This document shows, one piece after another, positions 11,485 to 22,830 of a DNA stretch of 64,000 bases. Within the stretch, counting starts at the first letter, position 1. Each line of letters begins with the position of its first letter. Location: the NCBI GenBank assembly GCA_963804955.1, contig CAWDSQ010000022.1:1-64000 (forward strand). The letters run 5' to 3'. The position numbers were made by a program, and so were the translations under genes. The stretch is from an uncultured delta proteobacterium (GTDB taxonomy: Bacteria; Desulfobacterota; WTBG01; CAIYCZ01; CAIRTM01). Under the pieces are notes generated by a model. It was not told the origin of the DNA, made no database searches, and saw only the letters and a list, made by a program, of their open reading frames with translations.

Positions 11485-11514
11485 CGGCCAACAGCAGAAC
11501 AGCCGCTTAGTACA

Positions 11515-11626
11515 GCCCCACACAAAAGAGGGGGCAATATTTTTATTTTTTTATTTATACAAAAAGATATGTCCTTTCCCTCCCCCTTTGTAAAAGGGGG
11601 AATTTTTCGCCCCTCTTTTGCGGGGC
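11515..11626. repeat. Nested palindromic (REP/MITE-like) element
   Basis: Outer arms GCCCCACACAAAAGAGGGG / CCCCTCTTTTGCGGGGC enclosing inner hairpin TCCCCCTTT-GTA-AAAGGGGGA. Confidence 0.55.
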
Positions 11627-11665
11627 TTTGTACTTAAGTGCCATACAGCCAGGCAGAAACCATTC

Positions 11666-13292
11666 ATGAGTAAATACAGCATCACCGCCATAGCAGCGTT
11701 TTTACTGCTGCAAACGCAACTGTGCCACGGCCATGACGTGGGCGAGGCTGCAAAGGATTTTGCCCTTCAGGACGCCGGCGGCGGGATTGTCACCCTGCGC
11801 TCGCTGATGCAGGGCCATAAGGTGACCGTTCTTGAATTTCTTTCAATCTACTGCGACGCCTGTCAAAAAAAAGTTCCCCAGCTCAACAGCCTTGCCCGGA
11901 AATACGATGCAGGAAGGCTCCGCATCATAGCCATCGCGCTGGCCAATGAGCAGCCCGAGGTAACGGCCGCCATGAACCAGTGGGGTGTTGCCTACAGCTT
12001 TCTGGCCGATCCGGAAAAATCAACTTTTCATCTGTACGGCATTCACAAGGTGCCCCGGTTTTTTGTCATAGACCAGGGGGGCATCATCCGGTACAGCGGC
12101 ACTGCCGATGATTTTTCCGGTTTTGAAAAAACCATTGAGGGTCTGCTGTCGCAGACGACGGCTGCCCGAAAGCTGCTGCAGCCGGGCGATGATGCTCCGC
12201 CACTGAAGCTGACGGACGACAAGCGGCAAAACCCGTGATCTGAGATTTGCCGACAGGCAGCAGATGACGGTGATCGGCTTTTTTACCGCGGCTGACAGCG
12301 TCAACAAGAAACAGGCTGACGTGCTGTCCCGCGTGCATGACGCGTATCAAAAGGCGGGCATTCGCGTGTACGGTGTCGGGAGCAGGCACTCTTAAGAAGC
12401 GACATGGCGGCATTTGGGAAAGCGGCGGCGCCCCGCTTTCCCCTGCTTGCCGATGCCGGCGACGGGGCAACGGGGCGGTATGGCATAACCGGCGGGCCGG
12501 AAATAGTGCTTATCGGCAGCTCAGGCCATATCGCCGCCCGCAATGCCCCCCGGACATATGATGATCTGGTAAAAATGCTTGCCCTGCCCGAGCCCGAGGC
12601 GCAGGCCTCCTCGCATGAGGAGCAGATTATGCATGCCCTTAAGAAGGCCATGCCCGATGCCCGTTTAATTGCACCAGTCAGGCTCCCGGAGGGTACGGTA
12701 TATGTCGGGACCGATGGCGGTGGCAAGAAAACGTATGCGCGCGTCGTGAAAAAGGATGTTCTCTGCGAGGTATGCACAGACGTCGAGTTTATCGCAACAC
12801 TTGACCAGAACGGACTGTACCGCTCCCTTGTGCTGGTGCAGCCCTTTGAAGTGTACGGCAAAACAGGTCGATGCAACGAAATTTCTGCAGCAGTTCGAGG
12901 GCCGCTCCTGCCGTGAAAAACTGTCAGCAGGCAGCAACGCAGACATCATATCGGGGGCCACGAAATCAAGCCTGAAGCTCATTGAGGGACTGAATGAGAC
13001 GGAAAAGGCCTTTGCCTAAATTCAGGCTGACCCGGCCTTTGACAGCACCTTCAAACAAAGCGTCTGCTTTCAGTTTCAGTCAGAGATTGAGCTTGCGCTG
13101 CAAAAGTATGCAGGCGGGCATGCGACGCAGTCCAAAACTTTCGATGTAAGCAATCTCGCGGCATACTGCCCTGAAAAAAAATTGCCCACGTGTCCGTCTT
13201 CGGGCATATATAAAGTAACCGTGCTCAACGGTATACCGCGGATCATGTGCACCGTCCATGGCGTTGATCCGCAGTCGACAATGACACATTAA
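11666..13292 (+). CDS. Exported multidomain protein: two redoxin (TlpA/AhpC-TSA) domains + FMN-binding domain + Cys/His-rich tail; frameshifted
   Basis: 'VLEFLSIYCDACQK', second 'LQPGDDAPPLKL...VIGFF', 'CEVCTD', 'ADIISGAT', tail 'CPSSGIY...CTVHG' reconstructed across frames. Confidence 0.65.
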
Positions 13293-13305
13293 GGAAGGAC
13301 TGTTC

Positions 13306-14897
13306 ATGTTGAGGCCACGCTGCATGGCAGCAAAAAAATACGCCATTATTACCTGCCTTCTGTTGTGCGCTCTTTCCGCGCAGGCAGGAGCTGCGGCAGA
13401 TAAAACTTTGCGCTTTGCCATGTATGATGCAGCCCTCGGATCGGCAGATAACGGAACGCTTGACCCGGTCAGAACCTATACGTTTCGTTATTTTACCCTC
13501 CAGCACCAGATTTTTGAAACACTGGTCGAGGTTGATTTGAATGAGCAGCAGGTCAGGCCGGCGCTGGCCGAGAGATGGGAAATAAGGCCAGCAGAAAAAC
13601 ATCAGGTTTTTTCTGCGCCGCGGGGTGCACTTTCATAATGGAGAATCCTTCACCGCCGCTTCCGTTAAATTTTCCATTGATCTCATGAAAGATCCGAGAA
13701 AAAAATTCGGTTGGCGGTTTTTGCTGGATACGATTGATTCGGTGACAGATAATCGACGACTATACGGTTGAGTTTGTTCTCAACGGGCCCGATGCCCTGC
13801 TGCTTCGGAAGCTTGCCTCCATCGGTGTCATGTTTCCCCAGGAAATACTATGAGCGCGTCGGCGCCGATTATTTTACCCGCTACCCCATGGGAACCGGCC
13901 CGTTTCGGTTTTTTTACTGTCGCATCCCAGCCGGGCGGCGGCAGGGAAATGCATCTGGTTGCCAACGAGGATTACTGGGGCGGCAAGGTTGCGCTGAAGG
14001 AGCTGATATACCTCTTTATGCCTAAAGAGCGTCAGTGGCAGGCGCTTGCTGCGGGCGAGATAGATATGCTGATTACGCAGATCCCTCCGCCGGCCTCAAT
14101 TCTTAGAAAATGCCGGGCTCAGCATAATCACGGAGCGTCCGCTCAGAAATTCTGCCTGCGTTCTGAATATCGACAAGCCGGGTCCGCTGCAGGACATCCG
14201 GGTGCGCCAGGCCCTCGAGCATGCCGTCAACCGCAGCGATATTATTGCGCAGGCCCTGGCCGGGCAGGCAGCCCCCCTGTACACGGCAGCGCCGGAAGGC
14301 TCCCTTGCCTACAGCCCGGGGCCGCCCCGGTATCCCGAAAGCAAAGAGGCCGCGCGCAGGCTCCTCAAAGAAGCCGGCCTGGAGAAGGGCTGCACCCTGA
14401 GGGTTATGGCAAGCACGATCGAGCCGGCGGTGTCGGTTGTCAATGTGCTCAAAGCCCAGCTGGCCGAGGTCGGCATAACCCTTGAGCCGCATTTTCTCAC
14501 CAGGGAGAGGATTATAAAGGAAATCGTAGCGCCCAAGCTCATGGGCAAGGCTAAGCCCGCTCCCTACGACATGTGGGTGATCAACGCCTGGCCTGATCTG
14601 TTCGGCGCAACGGCACACTTTTATTTCATGTTCCTGCATTCGCGGGGGCTGTTCAATATCGGCACGCGCATGCAGGCAGCCTCGCGCGTCGATGCGCTCT
14701 ATGCCGAGGCACTGAAGGCCCGGGACGACAGGGAGCTTGCCGTTCTGCTCCGCAAGATCGACCGCGCCATTCTCGATGAAGCCCTGCTCATACCGCTCTA
14801 TCAGCCCAGGTTTGTGTACGGCATGAAAAAAAATGTGCATTTCAAGCCCGGCCTCAACGACCTGCCGCTCAGATTTAAGCAGTGCACCATGCAGTAG
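13306..14897 (+). CDS. ABC transporter substrate-binding protein, family 5 (peptide/nickel), frameshifted
   Basis: 'TLDP', 'IFETLV', 'PALAERW', 'PMGTGPF', 'RVRQALEHAVNR', 'IPLY'. Confidence 0.85.
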
Positions 14898-15002
14898 AAA
14901 TTTATTAGTATACACACAAGACGATCTGCCGGAGCAACCGCTTCGGAGGTGCGGGCGATGCATGCTGCTAAGCCGCGCTCATCCGGCATATGAAGGGAAA
15001 TT

Positions 15003-15601
15003 ATGAAACCTGAAAAGACGATTGAAAAACTAGCTGCGGGAGAATCTGTTCGGATTGCAGCCCTCGGAGACTCGCTGACCTATGGCTGGATGGCTGAGAA
15101 AGGCTATATCGATTTCCTGCAGGACATGCTGAAAGCGAAATATCCGGCGGCAACCATACAGTTTATAAACAGGGGCATTCCCGGCGATACGGCCGAAGGC
15201 GGACTGCGGCGGCTGAAAGCGCAGGTGATCGACGACCATCCCGATCTCGTTTTTGTGCAGTTTGCATTAAACGATGCCTTTATCGGCTGCCCTCTGGCGG
15301 AATATGAAAAGAACATGGCCCTCATTGTCGACCGGCTTCAGCACGAAACCGCGGCAGAGCTGCTTCTGCTGACCTCGGTCGCGCTTGCTGATCCGCAGGA
15401 GGACAGCCCTGGCCCTGAAGTATTACGAGCGGATCGAGCAGCTGGCTCACAGCTGCACTCGTGCCGATTGCGCGGGTGCATGCTTACTGGAAGAAAAAGA
15501 CCGGCGGCAACTTTGACGGGCTGCTGCAGGCAGACGGGGTGCATCCCACCGCTGCAGGCTACCGTCTTATGGCTGAGGCCATCATGCAGGTGCTGCAATA
15601 A
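15003..15601 (+). CDS. SGNH/GDSL hydrolase, frameshifted
   Basis: 'LGDSLT', 'NRGIPGDT', 'QFALND', and 'DGVHP' in a shifted frame. Confidence 0.88.
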
Positions 15602-15605
15602 AAAA

Positions 15606-15950
15606 CAGAAGCCAGAATTAAGGAGTCAGAATTCAGCTTGAAAAAGAACACAGCAAAAACGTTTTAAGACCAGAGTACCTGGATGAAGTTTTATCCCTTT
15701 AGCATTTATGTAATTCTGGCAGATGATATGGGGTATGAAAAAATAGGCATGGGCACTCTTCATTCTTGTAAGAGCATGTATGAAAAGTCATTTAATGTCA
15801 TCCTGAACGAAGTGAAGGATCCCTGAATTCATTAAAACTACGAGATTCTTCGCTGCGCTCAGAATGACAAAACGAAGGTTCTTTGGGTTTTCGTACAGGC
15901 TGTAAGCCTATGTGTCTTCTATTCTGAATTCTGACTACTGAATCCTGGAT
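15606..15950. repeat. Inverted heptamer-repeat arms (CAGAATT-like / ATTCTGA-like) flanking about 280 bp
   Basis: CAGAAGCCAGAATTAAGGAGTCAGAATTCAG on the left; ATTCTGAATTCTGACTACTGAATCCTGG on the right. Confidence 0.6.
15796..15869. repeat. REP-like palindromic element
   Basis: TGTCATCCTGAACGAAGTGAAGGATC...GATTCTTCGCTGCGCTCAGAATGACA imperfect inverted repeat. Confidence 0.75.
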
Positions 15951-15988
15951 TTTTTTAAGGACAGTAGATTGTTTTAGAGCCAATTCTC

Positions 15989-16755
15989 ATGACAGCGAAA
16001 ACAGCAGACGGCATGCGCGTTGATAAGCTCTGCGGCGATTATGTGATTTGTCAGCCGCAGGAGGGCCAGCGCTACACAACCGATGACATGCTTGTGGCCT
16101 GGCTGGCTGTGCGGGAAGTCAAAGCGCGCTCGGTTGTGCCCGTCTCGTTTCTTGATCTTGGCTCGGGTTTGTGCTCGGTACCCATGATCATTTTGTGGTC
16201 ATTTCCTCATAGCAGTGGATTCGGCGTCGAGATCAGCCCGGAGCGTTGCAGGCTAGGTGTGCTGTCGCTTGCAAAAAACGGCCTTACCGAACGCTTCCAG
16301 CTCATGCCCGGTGATCTGCGCGGGTTAAGCCTTGCCGAACGCTTCAGCCTTGTCACCTCTTCGCCGCCATATTATCAGGAGAGCGAAGGCCCCGTGAGCC
16401 CCAATGCAGATAAGGCCGGCGTGCGTTTTGAGCTGAACGGAAGCATTGAGGATTATTGCCGGACTGCTGCAGGTCATCTTGAACAGGGTGGTATTTTCGC
16501 AACGGTGTATCCGTTTCAGTATCGCCTGCGCGCGCTTCAAGGCTGCGCGAGGCTGCGGCCTGAGCCTCGAACGCGAGGTGCGGGTCATTCCGAGGGAGGG
16601 CAAGCCGCCGCTGCTGTCGCTGTTTGTTCTGAGCCTGAAAGGGCAGGATGTTGCTGCACAGGAAGAGCTTGTCATTCGCGGTGCTGGATCACCTGTTTAC
16701 CGACGAGTTCCGCAGGGTGCGGCAGGAGGTGGGGTTCCCTGATAAGCTCAAGTGA
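15989..16755 (+). CDS. SAM-dependent methyltransferase, tRNA1(Val) A37-N6 (TrmN6/YfiC)-like, frameshifted
   Basis: 'QPQEGQRYTTDDML', 'LDLGSGLCSV', 'SSPPYY', 'RFELNG'. Confidence 0.75.
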
Positions 16756-17130
16756 GGGGTGCAATACGTGTCTGCGAATCGAAATCCAGAGTGCATATTT
16801 AGAGAGCCGTAATGTGGGATTTTTACAGGCAAGTAAGGGCACAACATATTGTGATTGCTTACCCTCCAATTTTTTCTAAAACACAGTGCAGTAATAAAAT
16901 CGTTTTAGCTGCATGTTTTGTCCGGAGCAGCGGTTTGCCGCCAGGCAGAGTTGATTCTAAAATAGAAAAAAACCAATTGACTGCCATGCGCAACGAGAGC
17001 ATAGAGTACTTGCGACTACAACCGTTAACCGAAAGCCAGGCGAAGCCTTATAGATGCAATTGCGCGACATTATTTAAAAATCGGCGCCCTTCTGCTGGTT
17101 GTGAAGATTTCCTTGGAGAGGAAGAGAAAA

Positions 17131-17853
17131 ATGAAAGAAGAGAAAAAAGACTTACTGAGATTCAATAAAATTTTACATGAAGAAATAGGCAGAAGCTTTG
17201 CATTAAGACCCCTTGATCTCCCCACGGATTTCAAACTCAGATATTCAGACAAAAAGGACACAAGCGTATACATCAAAAGTGAGTATCTGGGCTGCGATAA
17301 GACAGCGGGAGTACGCATGGGGGAAATGATTTTCGGAAAGTCCATGGTGGTTAATTTTGGCAGTGTGCCCCCGGCTCCCGGATATGATATCCCCATACTT
17401 GGATTTACATTTGTGCTTGCAGACAGGTTTCTCATATGCGTTCTTGATCTGCATCCTCTTTCAAAAAAAAGTGACTACATGGCGAGATACCTTGAGCCAC
17501 TGAAAAGCATTTCGGAAAAGTATCAATGGATACCAAAGGCCGAGGGCGGGCGCTCAGAGGTACATGAATGGGCAAAGGCTTATGACTCAGGTTTCTCGTT
17601 TTACCGCTGGTGTGACGGAGAGTATCTGCCAAACGTGGAGGAGGCGTTCAGGGAGTATGTTCTTGTTTTTTTGACCTGCATACAAAAAGCAGAGCTGATA
17701 ACCGACCCGGCAGTGCTTACGGAACATGAAGAGTATATGAAACAATACCGGTATGACTATGCGTATAAAGACCCGGGCGCTAATCCGCTGAAGCATCATT
17801 TCGGCGAAGTGTGGGGCGAGCGATACATGTCGGAATTTCTGTTTGCGCCATGA
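17131..17853 (+). CDS. Ferredoxin-dependent bilin reductase (PebA/PebB/HY2-like) family protein
   Basis: Collinear motifs 'YDIPILG', 'VLDLHPL...DYMARY', 'KDPGANPLKHHFGEVWGERYMSEFLF'; 240 aa. Confidence 0.8.
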   Translation: MKEEKKDLLRFNKILHEEIGRSFALRPLDLPTDFKLRYSDKKDTSVYIKSEYLGCDKTAGVRMGEMIFGKSMVVNFGSVPPAPGYDIPILGFTFVLADRFLICVLDLHPLSKKSDYMARYLEPLKSISEKYQWIPKAEGGRSEVHEWAKAYDSGFSFYRWCDGEYLPNVEEAFREYVLVFLTCIQKAELITDPAVLTEHEEYMKQYRYDYAYKDPGANPLKHHFGEVWGERYMSEFLFAP

Positions 17854-17975
17854 CACTCTTTATCCAGACCGGTTTTTTGATGAGCGCATCCAGATCGACG
17901 CCACAGTCATAATCCGCCAGCTTTTATTCGGTATGATGGATCTAAAAACCGCCACATTATTTTTTGGAGGGAAAA

Positions 17976-18891
17976 ATGGCAGAAATAAAATATTCAGATG
18001 AAGCTAAGGATGTTTGTGATAAATTCCTTGCCATTTTTCCAGGCGCAGGCAAAGAAGAAAACAGGATAAAAATAGTAAAAGCCGTGGAATACCATCTGCT
18101 GAAAAAAAATCTTGATGAAGCTACAAAAGATATTGTGCTGGAAGCGATAGAGAATGCCTTTCCCCGATCTTTTGCGCCTATAACCATGCGGTTCAGGGAT
18201 CCCAAATCACTCATGGAGCTTGCAGCCTCCCAAAAAAAGGTCAACTTGAAAAATCCCCTCGTCAAAGTGAGGCGCTGGGACCTGCCTCGTGTCAGGCTGG
18301 ACAGACCGGTAAAAAAAGTGCTTGCCCTGCTGGCCAGCCCCCGCAAGGGCGGTAATACAGACTGCATCATGGATGCGATGCTGGATGGCGTTCGGAAAGA
18401 GGGCTGCATTGTTGAGAAGTTTTATTTTTCCGATCTTACCATAGCGCCCTGCGCCGGATGCATGGCATGCGAAGCAAAGGAGCTTGAAAACTATTGCGCG
18501 ATACAGGATGACATGACGGACATGTATAGAAAATTTCTTGAGTACGACGGTTTTGTCATGGGATTTCCGGTGTACACGGCCCGTGAATGCAGCCAGGCTG
18601 CCGTATTTTTTGACCGCCTGAAAGCGTTGGGGACCAAAGGCCATTACAATAAACTGGGTAGAATCAGAAAAGGCGGCCTGGCGGTTACCTGGGGCTGGCC
18701 CTCGGATGACTCGTACAACCATGTTGTCGAAAATGCGGCGTTTGTCCTGAAGACTGTTTGGTGTGGAGACAACGGAGGTCGTCACCGGCTGCGGATTCTG
18801 GGAAGCCTATTATAAAAAAGGTACGGCAAAGATGGATAAAAAGGGCATGGCCGCTGCAAAACAAGCCGGCAGGGCATTGGTCACAGGATAG
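17976..18891 (+). CDS. Iron-sulfur flavoprotein / NADPH-dependent FMN reductase family protein with an extra N-terminal helical domain; frameshifted near the 3' end
   Basis: 'ASPRKGGNT', 'PCAGCMAC-x8-C', 'QDDM', 'GFPVY'. Confidence 0.85.
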
Positions 18892-19237
18892 CTGTTTCAC
18901 AATTGCCGCAACCCTGATATAATATTTTAATGACTAGCTCTATGGTCAGTGAGATCGTGCGAAGTTTTGCTTGTCGCAGTACATGAATCGGAGAACTTGG
19001 GAAAGCTGAAACAAGTTGTGCCGGGATAGATGCTTAATCCAGTGAGACTCAAAAAGGCCTGACTGCTGAATATCGCGATGGGGCCTTTTTTTTAAAAGAC
19101 CATATAACGTGTACTATGCACTGGCTCAATAATTGATTTGCCATTCACAATGCGGCACGTATGACTGCCCACAAAGGACTCTTTCTGCTGAATACAAACA
19201 GGAAACCGGGATTGCTGTCCCGGGTTTTTTTCTAAAG

Positions 19238-19913
19238 TTACACTTCCGCTTCCTGCACCATGCCGTCGCGGATGCGGATGCACTGATCGGCAAGGTCCAT
19301 GACTTCCGTATCGTGCGTTGACAGCACCATGGTGCAACCGCTCTCTCTGCCCATATCAAACATGAGCTTTATAAGGGTTCTGCCCGTAGCAGTGTCAAGG
19401 CTTGCCGTTGGTTCATCGGCCAGCAGCATTTTGGGCCTGTGGGCCATTGCCCGGGCAACGGCCACGCGCTGCACTTCTCCCCCTGACAAGTTCATGGGGC
19501 AGAGCCCGGCCTGCATCAGACAGGCCGATACGCTCCAGAAGTTCTTCCACGCGGCGATTTTTTTCACGGCCTGCCTCGGCGTTGAGCGTCAGGGGAAAAG
19601 CGATATTTTCAAAGACGGTCAAATATGAAAGCAGATTGCCGAACTGAAAGACAAAGCCCATATCGCGGCGGAGAAAAAGGCTGAGCTCCAGCGGCGACAG
19701 CCCATGCAGATCGCGGCCGTTATAGATGACACTGCCGCTGTCAGGCCGGTCGAGGCCGCCCAGGCAGTTGAGAAGAGTTGTTTTGCCTGAGCCTGATTTA
19801 CCCACAATGACCACCCTGGCAGCAGGCGCAACCGTAAAGGAAACACCTCGCAGGGCATGCACAATGCCCCTTCCCGAGCGATATTTTTTTGCAATCTCCC
19901 GGCACTCCACCAT
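19238..19913 (-). CDS. ABC transporter ATP-binding protein (LolD/MacB-like), frameshifted
   Basis: 'GKSGSGKTT', 'GFVFQ', 'LSGGE', 'LLADEPTASLD'. Confidence 0.9.
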
Positions 19914-19917
19914 AGCT

Positions 19918-21089
19918 CTAACCCACTTTGAGTATATCCGCAGCTTTTTTCCGCGCCACAAGCAGCGCCGGCCATATGGCTGAGCCAAGGCTGAACACCA
20001 GCGCGAGGGCCGGCGGCGACCACAGGGAAAAAGCCGTCAGCCTCGGGTAAATGACCCCTGACACGGCAAAATACCGGTTATGCGAGGTGAATGCCGTCAG
20101 ATCGATTCCCGTGGAGCCCACAAGCAGCACCGCAGCAGTTCCGGCAAGAATTCCCGCAACCGATGCCGCAAGGTTCATGAGCAGTATCTCCATGATGATA
20201 AGGCGCATCATTTCTCCGGCCGTCACCCCCATGGCCTTCATAATCCCGTATTCCCGGAGGTGCTTCATGATAAAAATAACAAAGGCGCAGGCTATCCCCA
20301 GAGACACAACCCCGAACACGAGCACGGTGACCATCGACATGGATACATAGTTCAGGTCAATCAGCTGCCGCAGATCCGGCATCAGCTGGCTCCATGATTT
20401 AAATGCGCCTGCAACAGATAGCTTTTCGCGGTATGCCGCAAGGACATCGTCGGGGTCGACGCCGTCTTTGAGAAATACGGAAGCTGCCCAGGGCAGCTGC
20501 GGGTCAGGATGCGCAGCAAGGCTGCAGAAAGCCAGCCCCCGGTCGAGCTGGTCGATGCCGGTATCATACACCCCCTCTACTGTATAGGGCCTGTAGTGCT
20601 CCCTGTCGCCGGGGCTGAACCTGAGCGTGTCGCCGGCACCGACCGCCAGTTCATCGGCCAGAGTCCGGCTTATAAAAACCCCCTTGCTGTCGCCAGACAG
20701 GAACGAGCCCCGCACCGTTTTTTTCCAGAAGGCCGTATTCTTTTTTTCGGCGGCAGGATCGATGCCGAGCATGATAACGGTTTCAAAATGTTTGGGTCCG
20801 GCCAGTATGCCTGCAACCGGAACACGCTTGACAATGCCGGCCACGCCATCGACCGCGAGGCTATCAGGCGGCAGTGTCTGCCGGCAGACCGGTGGCTGAG
20901 ATATGGCCTGCGTAGAGGCCTGCGGAGTTGCGGATCATGGCATCGTTAATACCCACCGCAAGGGCGGAGAGAAAAATAAGTGCGGCGACTGCGGCGACGA
21001 CCATGAGAGATAAAGCCGCGGTTGAGCGGCCTGAGCGCACAAGAAACAGCGACTGCGGTTTTCAGCCAGAAGCCGTATTGATTCAGCAT
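19918..21089 (-). CDS. ABC transporter permease (FtsX/LolE-like), frameshifted
   Basis: MacB-like periplasmic domain, 'REYGIMKAMG', C-terminal 'AIWPA...AADILK'. Confidence 0.85.
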
Positions 21090-21099
21090 AGGGCATGTC

Positions 21100-22147
21100 T
21101 CATGCGGGCAGTCCTGCGGCAGCCATAAAGTGCACTGTGCCGATGCGCCGGTACAGAAATGCAAGGGCCGGTTCAATGGCAAACCGGTCCCGTTCATCAA
21201 ACAGGGCAGTCAGACCTTCAAGCAGATAGCTGCGGGCCATATGCGCGGACTCCTTCAGCGCAGGCTGGAAGTCAAGCAGCAGGGTCGCCTTCTCCTGTTC
21301 TTCGGGCTCGGCCGCCGCCTTTTCCTGCAGCAGCTGCCACCCGGCCCGGCCGCTGCCATGGTAGATAAGGGATGCTACATAATTATGATGCGGTCTCGCG
21401 CATGTCGCGGCCCAGGTCAACCATGTCGTCCAGTATCTGGCAGCCGATGCCGATACGGTAGAGCGCTTCCTGGAGCGGCGCCACGGTGCCGGGTTTCAGC
21501 TGCTCGAGAACTGCGGGTATGCCCCAGGGGCAGTTGAACAGCAGCCCTGTTTTGTAGTGGTGCACTTTGCTCAGAATGTCCTGCGGGGTAAGTATGCTCT
21601 GTATGCCCCGCTCTTCGGTTGATTCCTGTATGCCGCTTGCGGTCAGTGCATGCAGGGATGCTGTGCTGGCCTTTAAAACCTGCTCGGAGGAAAGCTCGTG
21701 CCTGCCGTATGCCGCCATCAGTATGCTGAACATCACCCGGTCTGAAGCCATGATGTCGATAATGGAACGGAAGCGCGTGGCGCCTGCCGGCAGATCGGTT
21801 TCAAGCGTTTTTTTGTATTCATCGTCAAGGATATTGTCGCAGCCCGTTACCATGCCCCGCAGGCAGTGGTTCAGGGCTGCATACAGAACGCGCCTGCCGC
21901 GGGGTATGCCGGCACGATGATAGGAGTAGAGAAAAAGGGCTGAAAAGAAATTATTTTCAAGCTTTAAAAAACCTGCCGGCTTTTCCGTCAGGGTGATGCC
22001 GCTTCCCTGCAGAATATCCTGCGCAGTTGTCCAGTACAGGCTCAGGGCTTCGGCGAGCTCCTCTTCCAGCAGACCGAGAGCGTCAAGGGCCAGGCCGCTG
22101 TTCTGAATCAGTTTTTTGCTCTGTCGCATCAAGTCAAAAATATTCAT
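21100..22147 (-). CDS. Class I isoprenoid biosynthesis enzyme (polyprenyl synthase / terpene synthase fold), frameshifted
   Basis: Asp-rich motifs 'CDNILDD' and 'QILDDMVD', plus 'YKTGLLF'. Confidence 0.75.
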
Positions 22148-22813
22148 CCCGGTGTCCCTTGAGGTTTTTGTGTTGCAAAAAGAGCTATGTAGCCGAAAAA
22201 CATGGCATGCAGCCGCGGCTGTTCAAACCCCGCCTGGTGCATCAGCTTCGGCAGCACGCCTGAAATATTTTCCCCGATTTCGGGCTGCATGAGAAGCCAC
22301 CGTGCACCGTAGGATATGAGCCTTCCCATGAGCGTGGCAGGCGTGTGCATATCGGCCACAATAAGCAGCCCTCCCGGTCTCAGCACGCGAAAAGCTTCGC
22401 GCAGGGCCCGCTCTTTCAGGTCGAGGTCAACATGATGAAAAAAAAGGCTCGATACCACCGCGTCAAACGAGGCGGCGTCATACGGCAGGCTTTCAGCAGC
22501 GGCAGTTTCAAACCGGCAGGTCGCGCTTGCACGCTTTTTTGTGGCCACCCGGATCATGGCGGCAGCGGCATCAATGCCCAAGTGCCATGCCGCCTGCTGC
22601 AGCTTCCAGCCTGTCTCCGATAGCCCGCGTCAAAGCTCCGGTTCCGCAGCCGAGGTCAAGTACGCGATGGTGCTTTTCCAGCGACAGCAGGGTGACAATC
22701 TGCCGGTTATAGGCCGCGTGCCGGCCCATCATGACCACCGGCTCGCATATGTCGTATACGGGTGCCGCATGATCAAGGGTACGGCCCCGGGTTGGAACGG
22801 AATCGGCATGCAT
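22144..22813 (-). CDS. Class I SAM-dependent methyltransferase (UbiE-like), frameshifted
   Basis: 'VLDLGCGTG', 'LPYDAASFDAVVSSLFFHH', 'RVLRPGG'. Confidence 0.88.
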
Positions 22814-22830
22814 GGTCGTCAGGCCGTCAA

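Noticed and set aside
12236..12238. Selenocysteine readthrough of TGA in the redoxin gene
   Set aside because: The TGA is not at a catalytic Cys position, and the protein continues sensibly in a shifted frame
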